DNA of 64,000 nucleotides from Camelus ferus (GCF_009834535.1 NC_045696.1:83764001-83828000), one strand, 5' to 3'. Positions 37,377 through 52,220 are shown, counted from the stretch's first letter. The notes: generated by a model from the letters alone, not told the origin. Program-made: numbers and translations.

Positions 37377-40300
37377 CAGGACTTGCTTACTTTATATAAG
37401 CCTAAAATCATGCCAAGCACACAGGGCATTTAGAAGATTCTTTGATGTTGATAAAAGTGGAATCTTTTTCTATTCCTATTCTATTTGATTACTTATAAGC
37501 TGTTATCATATAAGTCAGAAAGAAGTTCAGTGGTTATAAAATTTTGTTACCTTCTGAATTACTTAGGAGACACAGAACTTTGTCCCTGATCAGTGAGTTC
37601 AGTTAGAGGACAGAAGCAATGACAAAGGATCCAGTCCCATTAGTTATTGGTTTGTCTTCCCTTCATACATGGAATTTTTCTACCCTGACATAAGCTGCAC
37701 TCTATTTCCAAGTAGGTGGGATGCAAATGTATGTGAGTGGTTCAGAGCAGTTTATCTTCAAGTCTGAATAAGCAACTCCAGTTTAATGACTCTGGGTTAA
37801 TAGTGTCATTTTTCTAGAAGAACAAGGTTTTACAAAAGCTATTGTCATATTTACTGAGCAATAGGGTAAAGTTTAAAGCTGAATAAAAAATTACCACCTC
37901 CTCTAGTCTACTGGCTGCTTACAAGTGTTCCAGATCTGGAAACAAATATATTTTGTGTACTCTTAAAATTTTGATATGATTCTTTTCTTCCTGAACTTTT
38001 AGTAAAAGCATTAAATGAGATGCAAATATGTTTATTTATTAATAACTTATCATTAATCAAAAATTATTTATTGTAAAAAACATTTCATGCTACTCTGTGC
38101 AAATTGTAAAGCAACATCAACTTTGAAAAATTCATTAAGCCTTTCTATCTAATTTCTCTACTCCAGTAAGCATATTATAAGATACCTATTTGGTAGTAGG
38201 TTATTGACAGATATTGAAATAACAATTTTTTAAAATTAAATGCTGGACTAATTTAAGTGAATGAAAAGAAGAGTATTGCAGTCCAAATGGTATCTGTCAT
38301 TTTCAAGTATTAGACTGTTAAATTATTTTTCTAGGATGATCGAGAAAATAAAAGCTAATTTTCTCTTTAATCATGCTTTCTTTTGATTAAGAAAATAACT
38401 ACTGGGTATAAAAAATATAAAAAGCAGAAAATTATGAAGAATAAAACTAAATGGCCTACTTATGTCTTGTGATAAGAATGTAACAATTTAACATTTTTAG
38501 AGAGCAATTTGGAAATACCTGTTTTTCAAAGCATATAATCTGTATAACCTAGCAATCACCTTCTGGGAATTTAAGAAATAAGTGTCTCAGCAAGGGAAGA
38601 AATATTTGTAAAGACAGCCTTGGAGCATTTCTGTTAATAGCAAAGAATATAAACAAAAAAAGTTCATTAATAAGAGTCGAGCAAAACAAGTTATGGATTT
38701 ATATTATTTAGAACTTGAGTCATTCAACAAATATTTATTGAGAAACTACCGTATGTTAAGATTGTCCTAAGCATTTGATTATAGCAGTAAACAAATAAAT
38801 TCTTACCCAGTGAAGCTTATGTTTTAGTGAAGAAATAGACAATAAATATAATAAATTAGTAAATTATATAGCGTGGTAGGAAGAGAGCAGTGTTATGCAA
38901 CCAATGAAAAGAATGAGGTAGATATATATGTATAGACCTGAAGATATGTTCATAGAGTATTTGCAATTAAAAAATAAACATAAGTTTCATACATGTGTAT
39001 CCAGACCCCTTTAGAAAAAAAAAATGTATGTGTGCAAACGTGTGTGTAAATATTCAGAAATATGTCTGTGTAAATTTAGGAAAACATGGGACAAAGACAT
39101 GCCCCAAACTGTTCATATAACTTAACAGCTCCAGTGTGAGATGTAGGGGGTGAGAGAGTACACGTCAATGTTTATGCAACATTGCGGTACATTTATAAGT
39201 GATTTCTTTTTCTTTTCTTTTTTTTTTTTTTTTTTTGTATTTGTCAAATTAAATAAAAATAAAACTATGTTTTTATCACTACTCAGATAAAATAATTTTT
39301 AACCCTTTACCCTTTACTGGGTTTCTTTTCAATATTTAAATCTCAAATGACAATGAAATAATCTTATGGTTCTTATAATTTTGGGGATTCAACAATATTG
39401 AGTTTTGATGTAAAGCAAGAAGCCTACACACACTAAAAGGGAACCACAGGGATTAATTGATTGTCTGAAGCACATTTGGTTTAGAAATACTGCTATGAAG
39501 TAGCGAGACTAATTTTCTTTTTAAAAGCAGATAAACAAATCCCCAAACTTTTCTATTTATGTTATAGTAGGGCCATTTAAAGTGATATTTAATAATAAAA
39601 TATGTAGGTCAAATTTATATTTATTGTTCTATATCTGAAGAATATACTCTCAAATATCTATCCATGTCTAACAAGTTTACTAAATCTTGGCTAAGTCATT
39701 CAGAGTCTTTTAATGTGGAAAATCACACCCCCTGCTCTTTTGGTTATGGAAATGCACCCTATATCATTCAGATATCAGGATTTAGTCTGGACTTGATTTA
39801 TTGATATGCCATTCTGTCCAACTAGGAATTTATGTTGAATGTTACATGCATGTAAATTTCAAGATGCAAGTTACATACAAATAATCTTGTAAGTCAGCAT
39901 TCCTTTTGATAAGCTAAGATATTTTGTAAAAATAATGAATAAACCTTCATTCCAAAAATTAGTTATGTCTGAAGAATGATTAAAGTAAGAATGTTGTTTA
40001 GATTCCAAATACAGAAGGCAATATGAAATGACTCCAATGCATTAGAATAGATTTATGTCTAAGATGAGAAGAGTTGAATAAGGCTTTAAATAAATTTTAA
40101 AATTAATTTCTTAGCTAGAGATGTCAGTTATCAAAAGTTGTTTATCACAGGCAGGTATTTAATGCCTCTTGATTAATGATTTTCTCAAAATTATGTCTCA
40201 ATCTCAAGAACAGTTACACAGTTTAATGAAAGCCTTACTTTGATGAGAAGATATGTACCAACTTCATTACTCTAGTGTTTTTATTTTTTGTAGAACTTTA

Positions 40301-41297
40301 TTGCAGATCTGTGGATCTTTTTGTGAGCTATGCCATTCTCTATTGATCTGATTATTCAGTGCTACACCTCTGTTAATTTTGAGATCTTAAAATACTGATA
40401 CAGTTTTAAATTTGATAGGAAGTGAGGATCAAGGAGTGGACGCAGCCCTTACTCAGTAATAAGGAGGATTAATCCATGGCAATCTTGGTAATATTATGAA
40501 ACATAAATATGGGTTAGCAGTAGTAGCTCTGCTTCATTGCTAAAGACGAATGCCACTGGGAGTAAGTACTATTTGTCTTCACACATGCACAAGTGTACAT
40601 TCACAATCAGTTGATTTTAGAATATGGGTATCAGCCACACTGAGTGTTAGCCCATAGCTGGGATTAGGTGACACAAAACTATTCAGTACATTTTACAAGT
40701 GTGACTTTACTTGGGTAGTTTGGCTTGTGCGTTTCATGGATACCACCTATGGGATGTTAGTTGGAAGAAGTATTTCAGTTTTACAGTTAACGTATAAAAT
40801 TTTAAATGTCATATTCAGGGGACACTTATAAGTGTTCTCTGCTGTCTCCATCATTTCCCACCCATCATCCAAACGTCAGAGATAGCATTGGAATGAAAAC
40901 TTTAAAGGACTCAGAAATTTCTCTTTCACTAAGAAATGCCATCATTGGGATAAATCAGATTTTGAATAAAAGCCACAGCTTTAATTATGGATGATATTAG
41001 AAATACTATTCATATCCTGGGGATGCCAAAATATCTTGGTTGGCACATTAATGAATAAATAAAGCTTATTACACATTTACTGAAGAAGATTCCAATTTCT
41101 TCTTGAGATTTACCTGATCTCAGTAATGAAAGTAATAGTAATGCTAATGCTAATGAGAGCTAACCTAAATTAAGCATGTACTGTAGGAAAGTCTGTGAAA
41201 TGTCTTATATGATCATTTCATTTGACAAAAGTACACCATGTTATGAGGTAGATGGTGCTATTATTTTCATTTTATATGTGAGGAAAATGGATACTCT

Positions 41298-42312
41298 GTG
41301 TATTAGTTTTATATTGCCTCATAACATAACATCACGGATTTAGCAAGTTAAAACAACACGCATTTATTAGCTCACAGTACTGGGTTCTCTGCTCCGGATC
41401 TCACAACGCTAATAACACCAAGGTGTCGGCTGGACTGCTTTCTCATCTTGAGCCTCTGGGGAAGAATCCACCTCCAATCTCATTCAGCCCGTTGGCAGAT
41501 TCCAATTCATGAGAATGTACAACTGATATCCCAGTTTCCTTGCTGGGTCATTTGGGGTCCCTCTCAGCTCCCAGAGGCTGCCCCCATCTTGTCGTGCTGC
41601 CCCTCCATCTTTAAAGCTGGCAGCAGGAATGTCTCCTGTTACACCTTAGACTTTTTTCTGTCTGACTTCACGACCCACATTTAAAAGGCTCGGATGTACT
41701 CAGCCATAAAAAACGAATAAAATAATGCCATTTGTAGCAACATTGTTGGACCTGGAGATCATCCTAAGTGAAGTAAGCCAGAAAGAGAAAGAAAAATACC
41801 ATATGATATCACTTATATGGGGAATCTAAAACACACAAACAAACAAAAAGACACAAATGAACTTATTTACAAAACAGAAACATAGAAAACAAACATGGTT
41901 ACCAGGGGAAAAGGTAGTGGGAAGTGATAAATTGGGAGTTCAGGATTTGTAGATACTAACTATTGTATATGAAATAGATTAAAAAAACAAGGCACAGGGA
42001 ACTATATTCAATACCTTGTAATGGCCTATAATGAAAAAGAATATACATAAATGTATAAATGAATCACTATGCTATACACTGGAAATCATCATATCAATAG
42101 ACTATATACTTCAATAAATAAAAAGATAGGTAAAAGTCAGTTTAGGTCTATCCTTTCTTAAAATTAACTTTGTTAAAGCTCACTATGCCATATGACATAA
42201 ACCACTCATGGGAGTGGCTATCCTGGCATAATCACAGTTCACGTGCACAGTCAGGGAGGAGGGCCTTATAAAAGGGTTGAGTCATTGCAATATTGTAGTA
42301 GGTGCCTACTGT
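41298..42312 (-). mobile_element. MaLR MLT1 LTR split by a younger L1 3' end
   Basis: 'tgtattagttttatattgc...aaacaacacgcatttattagctcacagt' to ~41690, resuming ~42130-42312. Confidence 0.7.
41692..42124 (+). mobile_element. Artiodactyl/camelid L1 3' end
   Basis: 'tactcagccataaaaaacgaataaaataatgccatttgtagcaaca...gaagtaagccagaaagagaaagaaaaataccatatgatatcactta...tatacttcaataaataaaa'. Confidence 0.88.
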
Positions 42313-42778
42313 ACCTGATAGCATAAATAACTTTCCTAGGTAACCAGCTAAAAATTGGTGATATCAGGATTTGAACACACGTCTGTCCAACTCTAGAGTT
42401 TTGCCCATTTTGCCATATAAGACCTGATTATTGAATTTAAAGCTACAGATTAGTGGAGAATGTCTGGCCATTATCATGCTAATGATTGGTGCCCCTTGGA
42501 GTCCTGGAGTGGTCCTAACTAGACCATATTATCCCTTACCTCATTCTAAACTTATATCTGTTTTATAATTTTTAAATTTTATCACCATGATACATGCATT
42601 TAGTTTAAAAAGTGAGAGAGCACCATAAAGTTTATTTTTATTTTTTACTTTAAAATAAATCTAATTTACAGAAAAGCTTCAAAATTTAAAAATTTCATAT
42701 GCCTGCCACTAAGGTTCCCTAACTGTTAACGTTTTACCACATTTACCGTGTAGTCTGTCTCTGTACGTGCATATTATT

Positions 42779-45060
42779 TCTTAATAGCTCTATTGAGATA
42801 CAAGACATAAAGTTCTCCTGGTATAAGTCTACAATTCAGTAACTTTTTGTCTATTTATAGAGTAGTGTAATTTTAGAATACTTCTGTTATCCCGCAAAGA
42901 AACCTTACATCCATTACCATTTACCTCCTTTTCCCACTCAGCTCCAGCCAACCAGTAATCTACTTTCTGTCTCTACAGAGTTGCTGATTCTGGCCATTTC
43001 ATACAGAAGAATGTGCTACTGCTGACTAATTTATCATAGCATTGGTTCAATTATACCAAAAGTGGTCTAAGTCCCAGTTTAACAAAGAATGTAATATTAA
43101 AATATTTTATAAAGATTTGTTTCTTAATCCTTTGATATATTAATTCCTGGAAGTTGTTTTCTAGAGTTGACATATTAAGAATTTACCTATTTCCCTGACT
43201 TCAATAAATAGTTAAATACTTTCAAAGTTTTAATAAATTTTTATATATATATATATTTTTTTTAAATTTACTTGGCTTTCCTCGAGATTCAGTAGCCTTT
43301 ATTTTTTTAGATGTAGCATGAATTGATGACAATTTTCTTTTCTATTTATTTTCTCTTTAAATATATGCCATGTAACAATTCTTTATTATAAATATTTAAT
43401 CAAAATACAAGCTCAAAAAATGTAGTGGCAGGCTTTTTTCATTTGGCATACTGTTTTTGAGGTTCATCCAAGTTGTAAGACCTATCTAAACTTAATTCCT
43501 TTTTATGGCCAAATAATATTCTATTTTATCAAATAATATTCTATTTTATAGATACACTACATTTTGTTTATTCATTCCTTAGTTGATGGACAGTTGGATT
43601 GTTTCTACTTTTGGTTATTATGAATAACGATGCTATGAACATTTGTATACAAGTTTTTTTGTGGACATATGTTTTCATTTTGGAGGGTAGATACCTAGCA
43701 GTAGGATTTCAGGGTCATCTGGTAACTCACTATGTAACATTCTGAAGAGCTGACAATCAGGTTTTCAAAGCAGCTGTACTGTTTTACATTTCCACCAAGC
43801 CACACATGAGGGTTCCAGTTTCTCCGCATTCTGGTCAACACTTGTTATTGTCTGTCTCTAATTATAGTCTCCCTAGAGTGTGTGAAGTGTATTTCACTGT
43901 GGTTTGATTTGCATTTCCTTAATAACCTATGATACTGAGTATCTTTTCATATTCTTATTGAAAATTTGTATATCTTTGTAGAATGGGCTATTCAAATATT
44001 TCCCATTTTAAAAGCATACTGTCTTTGAACTGTAAGTTTTTTATACATGCAAAAGTTATTATGTAACAATAGTGTCCTTTGAAGTACAACATTTTAAAAT
44101 TTTGATCAAGTCCAGTTTTATCTATTTTCTTTTTTTAGTGGCTTGTGCTTTAGGTCTCATATCCAGGAAAACATCACCTAATTCAAAGTCATAAAGATTT
44201 ACATCTTCAAAGATTATTATGGTTTAGTTCTTAGATTTAAGGCTCTGATATTTACCATGTGAGGTAGAAGTCTAACTTCATTCTTTTGCATGCAGTATTC
44301 AGTTGTCCAGAACTGTATATTGAAAAACATTGCTCTTTCCCCAATAAATTGGCAAGTATTCTTGCTTAAAATCAATTGCTCATAAATGTTAGGATTTATT
44401 TCTAGACCCTAAATTCTATTCCATTGATCTATATGGCTCTCTTTATGTCATTACCACACGTTCTTGATTACTGTAGTTTTGTGGTAAGTTTTCAAATTGG
44501 GGCATGTGAATCCTCCAACTTTCTTCTTTTTCAAGATTGTGTTGACTGTCTGAATCCCTTGTATTTTACATGAGCTTGTCAAGTTCCACAAAAAAGCTGC
44601 CAGCTGGGATTTTGAAAGGGATTACATTAAACCATTGGTAGATCATTGGAGAGTTTTGCCATCTTAACATAAAGTCTTTCAGTTCATGAACACGGATGTC
44701 TTTCCATTTATTTAGGTGCTCTTTGATTCTTTTCAACAATGTTTTGTAGCTTTCAATGTATAAGCCTTACATTTTTTTTGTTATCTTTATTCATAAGTAT
44801 TTTATACTTTTTGATGCTATTATAAATGCATTTATTCTCTTAATTTTCAGATTGTTTACCACTAGTGTATAGAAATGCAATTGATTTTTGTATATTGATC
44901 TTGTATACTGTAACCTTGCTGGATTCACGTATTAGCTCTAGTAGGTTGTGGTAGATTTCTTAGGATTTTCTACATAAAAGGTGATTTCATATGCAAATAA
45001 AGATAGTTTTACTTCTTAGTTTCCATCTAGAAAAGCCTAATTTACCTGGCTAGAAACTCC
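42779..45060 (-). mobile_element. L1MB-like LINE (ORF2 3' part plus 3'UTR), nested in an L1MC-like 3' end (~42640-42778 and ~45075-45545)
   Basis: About 2.3 kb of antisense L1 text ('gatggacagttggattgtttctactttt', 'attctattccattgatctat', 'gcaattgatttttgtatattgatcttgtat'), interrupted at ~43013-43413. Confidence 0.85.
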
Positions 45061-45549
45061 CAATAACGCTTTTATATTAAGCATTTTTTTCCTTTCTGGT
45101 CCAAGATTCAGTTTAGGATTATGTGCTGTGTTTACCTATAACAGTTCATTAGTTCACCTCCAATCAGGTGATTTTTCCTCAATGTTTTATTTTCTTTTGT
45201 TGCCCTGATATTTTTGAAGAGTACAGGCAAGTCATTAAGTAGAATGTTCCTCAATACGGACCTGTCTGATGTTTTCTCATGATCGGATCCAAGTAATGAT
45301 TTTTGGTAGGAAATCCGCAGAAATGGTTTTGTGTTCTCAGTGAGGCATGGGATGTTGCTGTGCCCCATTTCTCAGGATGTTAACTTTGAAAATTTTGGTA
45401 GAGTGATATCTACCCAATTTCTCTGCTATAAAGTTACTAAGTATGTACATACTGTTACCCAGCAAACTTTCATCTGGTTGGTTTAAAACTTATTGATGAT
45501 TCATTCCTGAATCAATTATTATAATCACAGTTACTAAACAGTGCCCATA

Positions 45550-45664
45550 GTAGGACTTGGAACTTCTCAGCCTCCATATTCACATGAGCCAGTTTCTTGT
45601 GGAAACATATATATATTATAATCTCCTATTCTTTATATTTCTCTGGCAAGCCTTGACTGACACA
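45550..45664 (+). mobile_element. MLT2 LTR 3' fragment
   Basis: 'acttctcagcctccatattcacatgagccagtttctt...tttctctggcaagccttgactgacaca'. Confidence 0.6.
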
Positions 45665-46132
45665 GATTTAATTTCTAAAGCTCTTTTATTATTCCCTTAA
45701 TATCTCTTTTAAATAACTTCTTGCTCTTATTTCATAAACACTATGATTTATTTTATATCTCTGAGGGATCAATTCCTTTTTGTTTTTTTTTTACATTTTC
45801 TTATGTTCCCTGATTTGTCTCTCTTTCCTAGAGTTTCATTGTTTGTTTATTTTGGCTTCTTTATTTTTTATCTGAGGCCCAAATACCTGATAATTCTTTG
45901 ATACCTGTTCGTATTTAAGAAAAAATTCTCTAGAATCCTCATTCTCCATGCACAGGTGGGGCTCATCTACTGGTGAGCCTCTTGTAAGGTACTCTTCAGA
46001 GGTTCTCCAAATGTGAGTATCCACAGCTATTTTTCCCTTTGGCTTCTCAGTTTCCTCAGAAGAGAATCTACCTTGCTTTCCCTCAAGGATAAAGTCTGCT
46101 GCCAGTATTTTGAGAGACAAGCTGTAAAACGT

Positions 46133-46461
46133 GTTGGAGGGAATTCATGTTGAAGCACCGATCCTCAATGTGACCGTACTTGGTGATAAAGCCTTTATGG
46201 AGATAATTAAGGTTATACAAGGCTGTAATATGGAGTCCTGATCTAATAGGATTCGTGTTTTTATAAAGACACACATGAGAGCTCTTTCTCTCTCTCATTG
46301 CCGTGAGAAGACGTCTGTCTACGAGCCAGGAAGAGAACTCTCACAGAGACTGGCCCTGCCGGACTGTGACCTTGGACTTCTACCTGTGAGGTAATAAATC
46401 TCTGCTGCCCAAGCTACTCAGTCCGTAGTGTTTTGTTCTGGCTGCCCATGCAGACTAGTAT
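46133..46461 (+). mobile_element. MLT1A/B-type MaLR LTR
   Basis: 'ttcatgttgaagc...cctcaatgtgaccgtacttgg...gaccttggacttct...cagactagtata'. Confidence 0.75.
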
Positions 46462-47869
46462 AGAGTGTCTCTTTCTGTTAAAACTTGTGTTTAATATGAT
46501 GCTTTTGTGCCTCTTCTGTTACCTTGGCTAAATCTAATGCTCTTGAATTCATTTTCTTTTCTCTGCAAAACTGAATCTTGAGTTTTCTGCCAAGGAAAGG
46601 AAGGAGTATTTGCCTGGCAATGCAGGGTGTGGAGTTGGATGTGGAGGGTTAAGCATCGCATCTAAATATTTCAACAAGTCCTCCTGTTTTCAGCCCTCCC
46701 CTTCACCCTTCCCATCCGAGTGACATCTCCAATTGGTGCTTGTCTGGGGTTTTGCAGCTTAAATTATCTTGTTTCTGGGCAAAAAAAAATCATGCTATCT
46801 TTTTCTACTGCTGTTTCCTGTCTTGCTTTTCCTTGTCAATATGTGTCTTTTAAAATTTTCTAATCATTTTCTCATTGTCATTTTCTAACAATCATCTTAG
46901 GGACTGGACACCGAAAGATCATGGGCTTGATCAATTCTACCAGCTCCCCTGTCCTAGAGAGTCATTTATTAGGACCCCAGCAGCAAGAGGTTGCAGGATA
47001 AAAAGTTTGCAGGAACTGAGGAAGAGGTCAAACCCAGGCCAGAACTTCTACACCAAGGAAGAGAGGGAGGAAACCTGCATCCCAGGATAAAGCCAATATT
47101 TAGACACCGGCATCTTGTGGGAATTAGTTGGCCAGACAGTGTTAAGAAACAGTGATAAAGAACAAAAGAGGGCTGCCATCTGGCTCTGAGATATGTGTAT
47201 ACCCTCCCTTAACTCTGTTCCTCCCCAACACCAGAGGAAAAAGAGAAGGTGGAGGGGGAAATGTGGGAAGAGTAGATTAAACCTCTTCTTTAAGCTGCAT
47301 GAGAAATAGACAGCCTGCAAAGGGGGAAAGGAAAAAGGCATTAAATTAGTTAATGAGGCTGAATTTTAAGAATAATTGGTACTGACTCTTTAAATGACAA
47401 AATGAGACTATTTAAATAATAAAAGGGACTAAAAGATTATGGACTCCAGACAAAATATATTCAAGAGAGCCAGTGTTCTCCAGGAAAGGGATGTCCCACA
47501 TGGCTCCATTGGGGGCTGTTACTTTTTAAATATTATATTTATACAGAAATGAGAGTAATTAAGAAACAGGTTATATGATGAAATATAGCTACTCAGGAGT
47601 TTATGTGTATTCAGATCAACAAAAGAGAATAGATTTTCAAAGTACTCCAAATTCCAATTTCAAATACTTGTGGCAGAAGAGTTGGGTCAGGAATAGACTA
47701 CTTAGGAATAGACCCAAAACCCAGCTAGATGGGGTGGGAGGATGAGGCGAGAGAGTAGGTGCAGGGTCACATAGTGGGATTATTTCCCTGGGACCATTCT
47801 TATACGTGGTTCTTAGAGTAGGTGAAACAGGGGCTGACGAGACATCCTCAAAGTAGTGCTACAGCCAAG

Positions 47870-48345
47870 GACCCATCAGCTTGGTGGCAATGATGGCCTC
47901 AGAGTTAAATAAGCAGGTCCACCAGAAACCAACATACTTTCTTTCCCTGTGCAAAGTAATCGTGTGATCAAGCAAAATTAACTTAGCCGTTTGCTCCAGG
48001 AAATTACTGTTACTGCAAGCTAAAATGGTGAAACAACCGAAACGACTAACTTACCAGGACTGCTGGTTTACTCACCGGCACTTTCAGGCCTCATCTCACT
48101 GTGCCTTCCACTCCAAGGCTGGCACGTCCTAAGCTTTGCACAAACTCAGTCAGTCCTCTTCCTTGTCAATATCCACCTAAAATGTCCCAGCCTATGCCAC
48201 AAAGCCCTTCAAATATTTTCCCCTGGCTTCCCTCTTCTTAGGAAACTTAAATTTCTGGCAAGATGGTATTCTCACTCATTGCAGCAAATCTGATAAAATA
48301 AGCTTTGCTTTAGTATTTGATTCTTCTGGGGGTCAACAGCTGACA
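47870..48345 (+). mobile_element. MER110/MER90-like ancient ERV1 LTR
   Basis: 3' end 'ggcaagatggtattctcactcattgcagcaaatctgataaaataagctttgcttt...gtcaacagctgaca'; the 5' boundary is uncertain. Confidence 0.5.
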
Positions 48346-50432
48346 CTGAGAGCTATGATTTCTGATATTTTTCCTGTTTCGAATTAATTTCCCCATTTTT
48401 ATGACCACTTTCTTCCCTGAAGAGCTATATGTGGTTGATATTTGCAAAGAAAAAAAATTGTTTTTAACAGAAAAACTTATTGGAAAGATTAACTGGTGAC
48501 AAGTTGTATGCAGAAGAGAGATAAGACACTGAAATAAATGTGTCTAAAACCACATCAGAGTCAAGTTTACTCAAAATATTAATCATCCTTTTAGTTGAAA
48601 TATAGGTTGAATATTCAGAAAGATAACAATTTCTCACCCCTGAGAAATTTTACAGCAGTAATATCAATAATTTACAACCCATAGTAATCCAACTGTAGTA
48701 ATACTGCCAGTTTTGTCTAATTTCCCAGTTAAATAATTTTTTAGTACATTTTCCTGTTTGTTTGTTTTTTTTCCTGTTCCTCCTAATCATTGACTTCCCA
48801 CCTGGTAAATATTAGTAAAGGGTAAAGTCTTTGCAATTTAAAAACTTTGAACATGCCCCCTTTTGGTTTTGTTTTTGTTTTTTTACATATTCTAATATTG
48901 CTATAGCAACACCAAGTACAGTGTTCAGTATTGTGCCACTGCTTCCACTATAACATCATCTGTATTTTTACTAAACATAAAAGCATATTCGTGACCATGT
49001 TTAAAATTTGATGCCAAATGAGAACAAATAGGGTTGGCTTCAGTTGGAGTTAATATGGGGCAAAATTCCATCTGCAAGTTGTTCTTGTGCATTTCTAATG
49101 GAAGAGAGCTAAGAACATTGTTTCTCCCTCATGTAGGCCATTATCAGTGAAAAGAACACAGGAAACTGTGTGGAGGTTGGTTTTCAAAACATCTTTCCTA
49201 AGCATTAACTCAACCACAAAATTTCACTCTTGTCTTTCTAACCATAGCTGTGTTGTAACGGCATCGCGCGTTATTGTATTAAGTATCACTGACACACAGG
49301 GAACCTAGATATTTAGCAAAACCTTTTTAAACCTCAGTTTACAGTGTCTGGTTGGTGACCTTGGGCAAGTAAGTAAAGTTATGTTTTCAGCCACTGTTTC
49401 CTCAGTTGCTGTATGTGAAGAATAATATCTGGTTGTTATAAAAATTGGAGACAATGTCTTACAACTATGCCTAGCTCTCAATAAGTGGTCGTTGTTGATA
49501 ATCTAGTCAATACCAAAACGAAGCAAAATAAAATTCATTATACAGGTACACAAAGACTACAAGGGATCAACTCATTTGCCAGTGAAGAATTTGAGAAATG
49601 TGTTCTAAACCTGGAAGAGCTGAGTTAACTTATCACAAATGGAACACCTGTAATGTAAAGACAAAAGGCAAGATTTTAGCAGCTTGCCCAGGCCAGCGAG
49701 GAGGCTGGCCTGTCACGCCTCTTTTATATCATTCATTAGGAGAGTCTGTGCTGGGAACTGGGAAAGTCGGATTTTGTATTGTGTAACAGAAAAGGAGATA
49801 CCAAGTTTGAAACTTTGTTTTGGCTTTCAAATGTTACCATATAAATATTTGAAGGGCTCATTGGAAGGAGATAAAGCAAATTCTAGAAATATAATTTTTA
49901 AATTTTAGTCACATAGGATACACAGCAGGAACTTTTTGCAGAGGAACTTTTTAAAATCAAGAACTTTGGGGATTAAAGGCCTCAAATAGAATCAACTTGT
50001 CAGATCCCTCATGACTCACAAGATTGAATTTTTTTACTGAGATGGCAAGACATCAAACACACTTGTCTTACAGCCTCAGGGAGGGCAAACAAGTTTGTTA
50101 TTGATTTGTTCAAGGAGGTGGTAGTTCAGATTCAAACTGATTATGTGAGTAGTGGGGGTGTCAGTTTGACCTGCAGCTGTGTGCGCTACTGGGGCTAAAA
50201 CATGACCAGGCATGTCTGGAGGACAAGTGGCAGTGGTTCACCAGAAATCTGTTTGTATCAGGAATGAAGCACCTCTTAGGAGATAAATCATCCTAAGGGA
50301 AAGAGGCATCAGATGCATGGGGCTGATCCAAAGGCAAAGACTCATCAGCCGACAGGCAGTTTGTGTACAGCATGGCTTGCGTTACTTAGGTTCTCAGCCT
50401 CCTCCCGAACCTTCCTCCAATTTCCTGGGATT

Positions 50433-51020
50433 TGTTAGCAGATTGGGGAGCCCCCTAAAAGGGAGAGGACCCCAAAGAGTGGGTTGTTGCCTTCCAGCTG
50501 TGAAAGAATTCACAGTGGAGACAAAGGGTCAGAGTGAAAGCTGCTTTATTGCTCAAAAAAGAGAAAAGAGGAAAAGACGCTTGTGTGAAAAAGACACTCG
50601 AGTCCAAGAGCTATAAGCCCAGGTGGCTGGATTTATGAGCTCTGGCTTTTGGGGTCCTGGCTAGGTCCTTTTATCTGTCTTCTTTGTGGCTTCATGTCTC
50701 CTTCTCGTTGCTTGCTCTTTTCCTCCTTGCTTTCCAGTTTGTTCTGCTCTGTGGAACAAACACTGCAAAAACAAGATCAGGTTAACTATAGACCCTCAAA
50801 CAATGTAGTCAAGCTCAATTGAGCAAACAAGTCAAGCCAGTGGGGTTCTTAAACAATATGGATATATTAATCAGATCACGTCAGGGCTTTGTTTCCACAA
50901 GGTAGCTTTTTCCATTACCCAAGAAGAATTTTCTGGGGCTAGCTATAGGTTAACTTTAAACTTTAAAGAAGTCTCTGCGATGGGTCCCAGTTTCGGTTCC
51001 CTAGCTCACTGCCTCCTTCA
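50433..51020 (-). mobile_element. Lineage-specific ERV1-class solo LTR (588 bp)
   Basis: TG...CA ends, perfect 4-bp TSD GATT (50429-50432 / 51021-51024), minus-strand AATAAA near 50545-50550. Confidence 0.85.
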
Positions 51021-51728
51021 GATTCAAATAAGTGTAAGGGACTATAAATCTTTTTTTTAAATCACAAATGTGTTTGTTTTAGCCGCTCTTTAAGTGATTT
51101 GAGTACAAACAGCCCTTTTTGTTTACCCACGAGTCATAGTGTAACATCAGAGAGCGAGAATAATGGGGCCCTCAAGTCCATCCACCCCCACTACTTCTGC
51201 ATGGAACCTAGCCCGTTCCCACTGAGCTGAGGGCTCTAAGGAACCAAGATCCCTTTGGCGTCTTCAGAGTCCTAGGCAGGGATGGCATACCTGGGAGGGT
51301 GACAGTGGTGACCATCAAGAGCTAAGTCAGCTGTGACCCATGGATGTCAGATGTCAGGCACCTGCACCTGATGACTCAGATACAGCACAGGCCCCGGAAG
51401 TGAGAGACAAAGGAAATGGCTGACATTCATTCATTTAACAAGTAGTTGCTGACTAACTGACTAAATTTCTAGAATATTTGGACAATGTAGGGTGGGGTAA
51501 CTTTGCAGAAGCCTGGAGGCCCTTCAATAGACAGTTGAAAGCCACTACCTATGAACTATGGAATATTCTTCTTAATGTCGACTCCATGAGGCAGAGGTCT
51601 TGTCTATTTTAATTACTACTGTTTTTCCAGAGCCTGCACTGGAAACAAATACATAATAAGAATTAACAAATATTTGTTGCATGATTGTGATCTCATTTGC
51701 TACCGTGGGCAGATTGTTTGATAAGACA

Positions 51729-52168
51729 TGGTATAATTCTTAATGTTATGTGTCAGCTTGACTGAGCCACTGGAGTACCCAGATATTTGATTAAACATTT
51801 TTCTGGGTGTGTCCCTTTATCTAGATAAGAGTACCACTGGAATCAGTTGACTGAGTAAAGTAGATTGCTCTCCCAGTATGGATGGGCCTTGTCCAATTTG
51901 TTGGATCCCTGATTAGAATAAAAAAGCTTAGCAGGAGAGAATTTACTCTCTCTGCCTGATGGTCTTCAAGCTAGGATAGTGGTTTTCTCCTGCCTTTGGA
52001 TGTGAACTGGAACTAAAACTATGCCATGAGCTCTCCTGGGACTCCAGCCTGCCAGTTGCAGGTGGTGGAATTCTCACCTCAATAATTACATGAGCTGATT
52101 CCTTATAACAAATCTCTTTATCTGTACAGAGATTGGTTCAGTTTCTCTGGAGAAACCAGACTAATAGG
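51729..52168 (+). mobile_element. MLT2 (ERVL) solo LTR
   Basis: 'ttaatgttatgtgtcagcttgactgagccac...cccagatatttg...gtttctctggagaaaccagactaata'. Confidence 0.85.
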
Positions 52169-52220
52169 CATGGGTTATATGTAGATTATACAAATAGCCA
52201 CTGTAGAGGAACCTCATTTC

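Noticed and set aside
43510..43549. Perfect 20-bp tandem duplication (caaataatattctattttat x2)
   Set aside because: Ordinary slippage duplication inside an L1.
46950..47560. Possible very old LTR (LTR78/Gypsy-like)
   Set aside because: The composition is suggestive, but I could not define termini, a TSD or a family.
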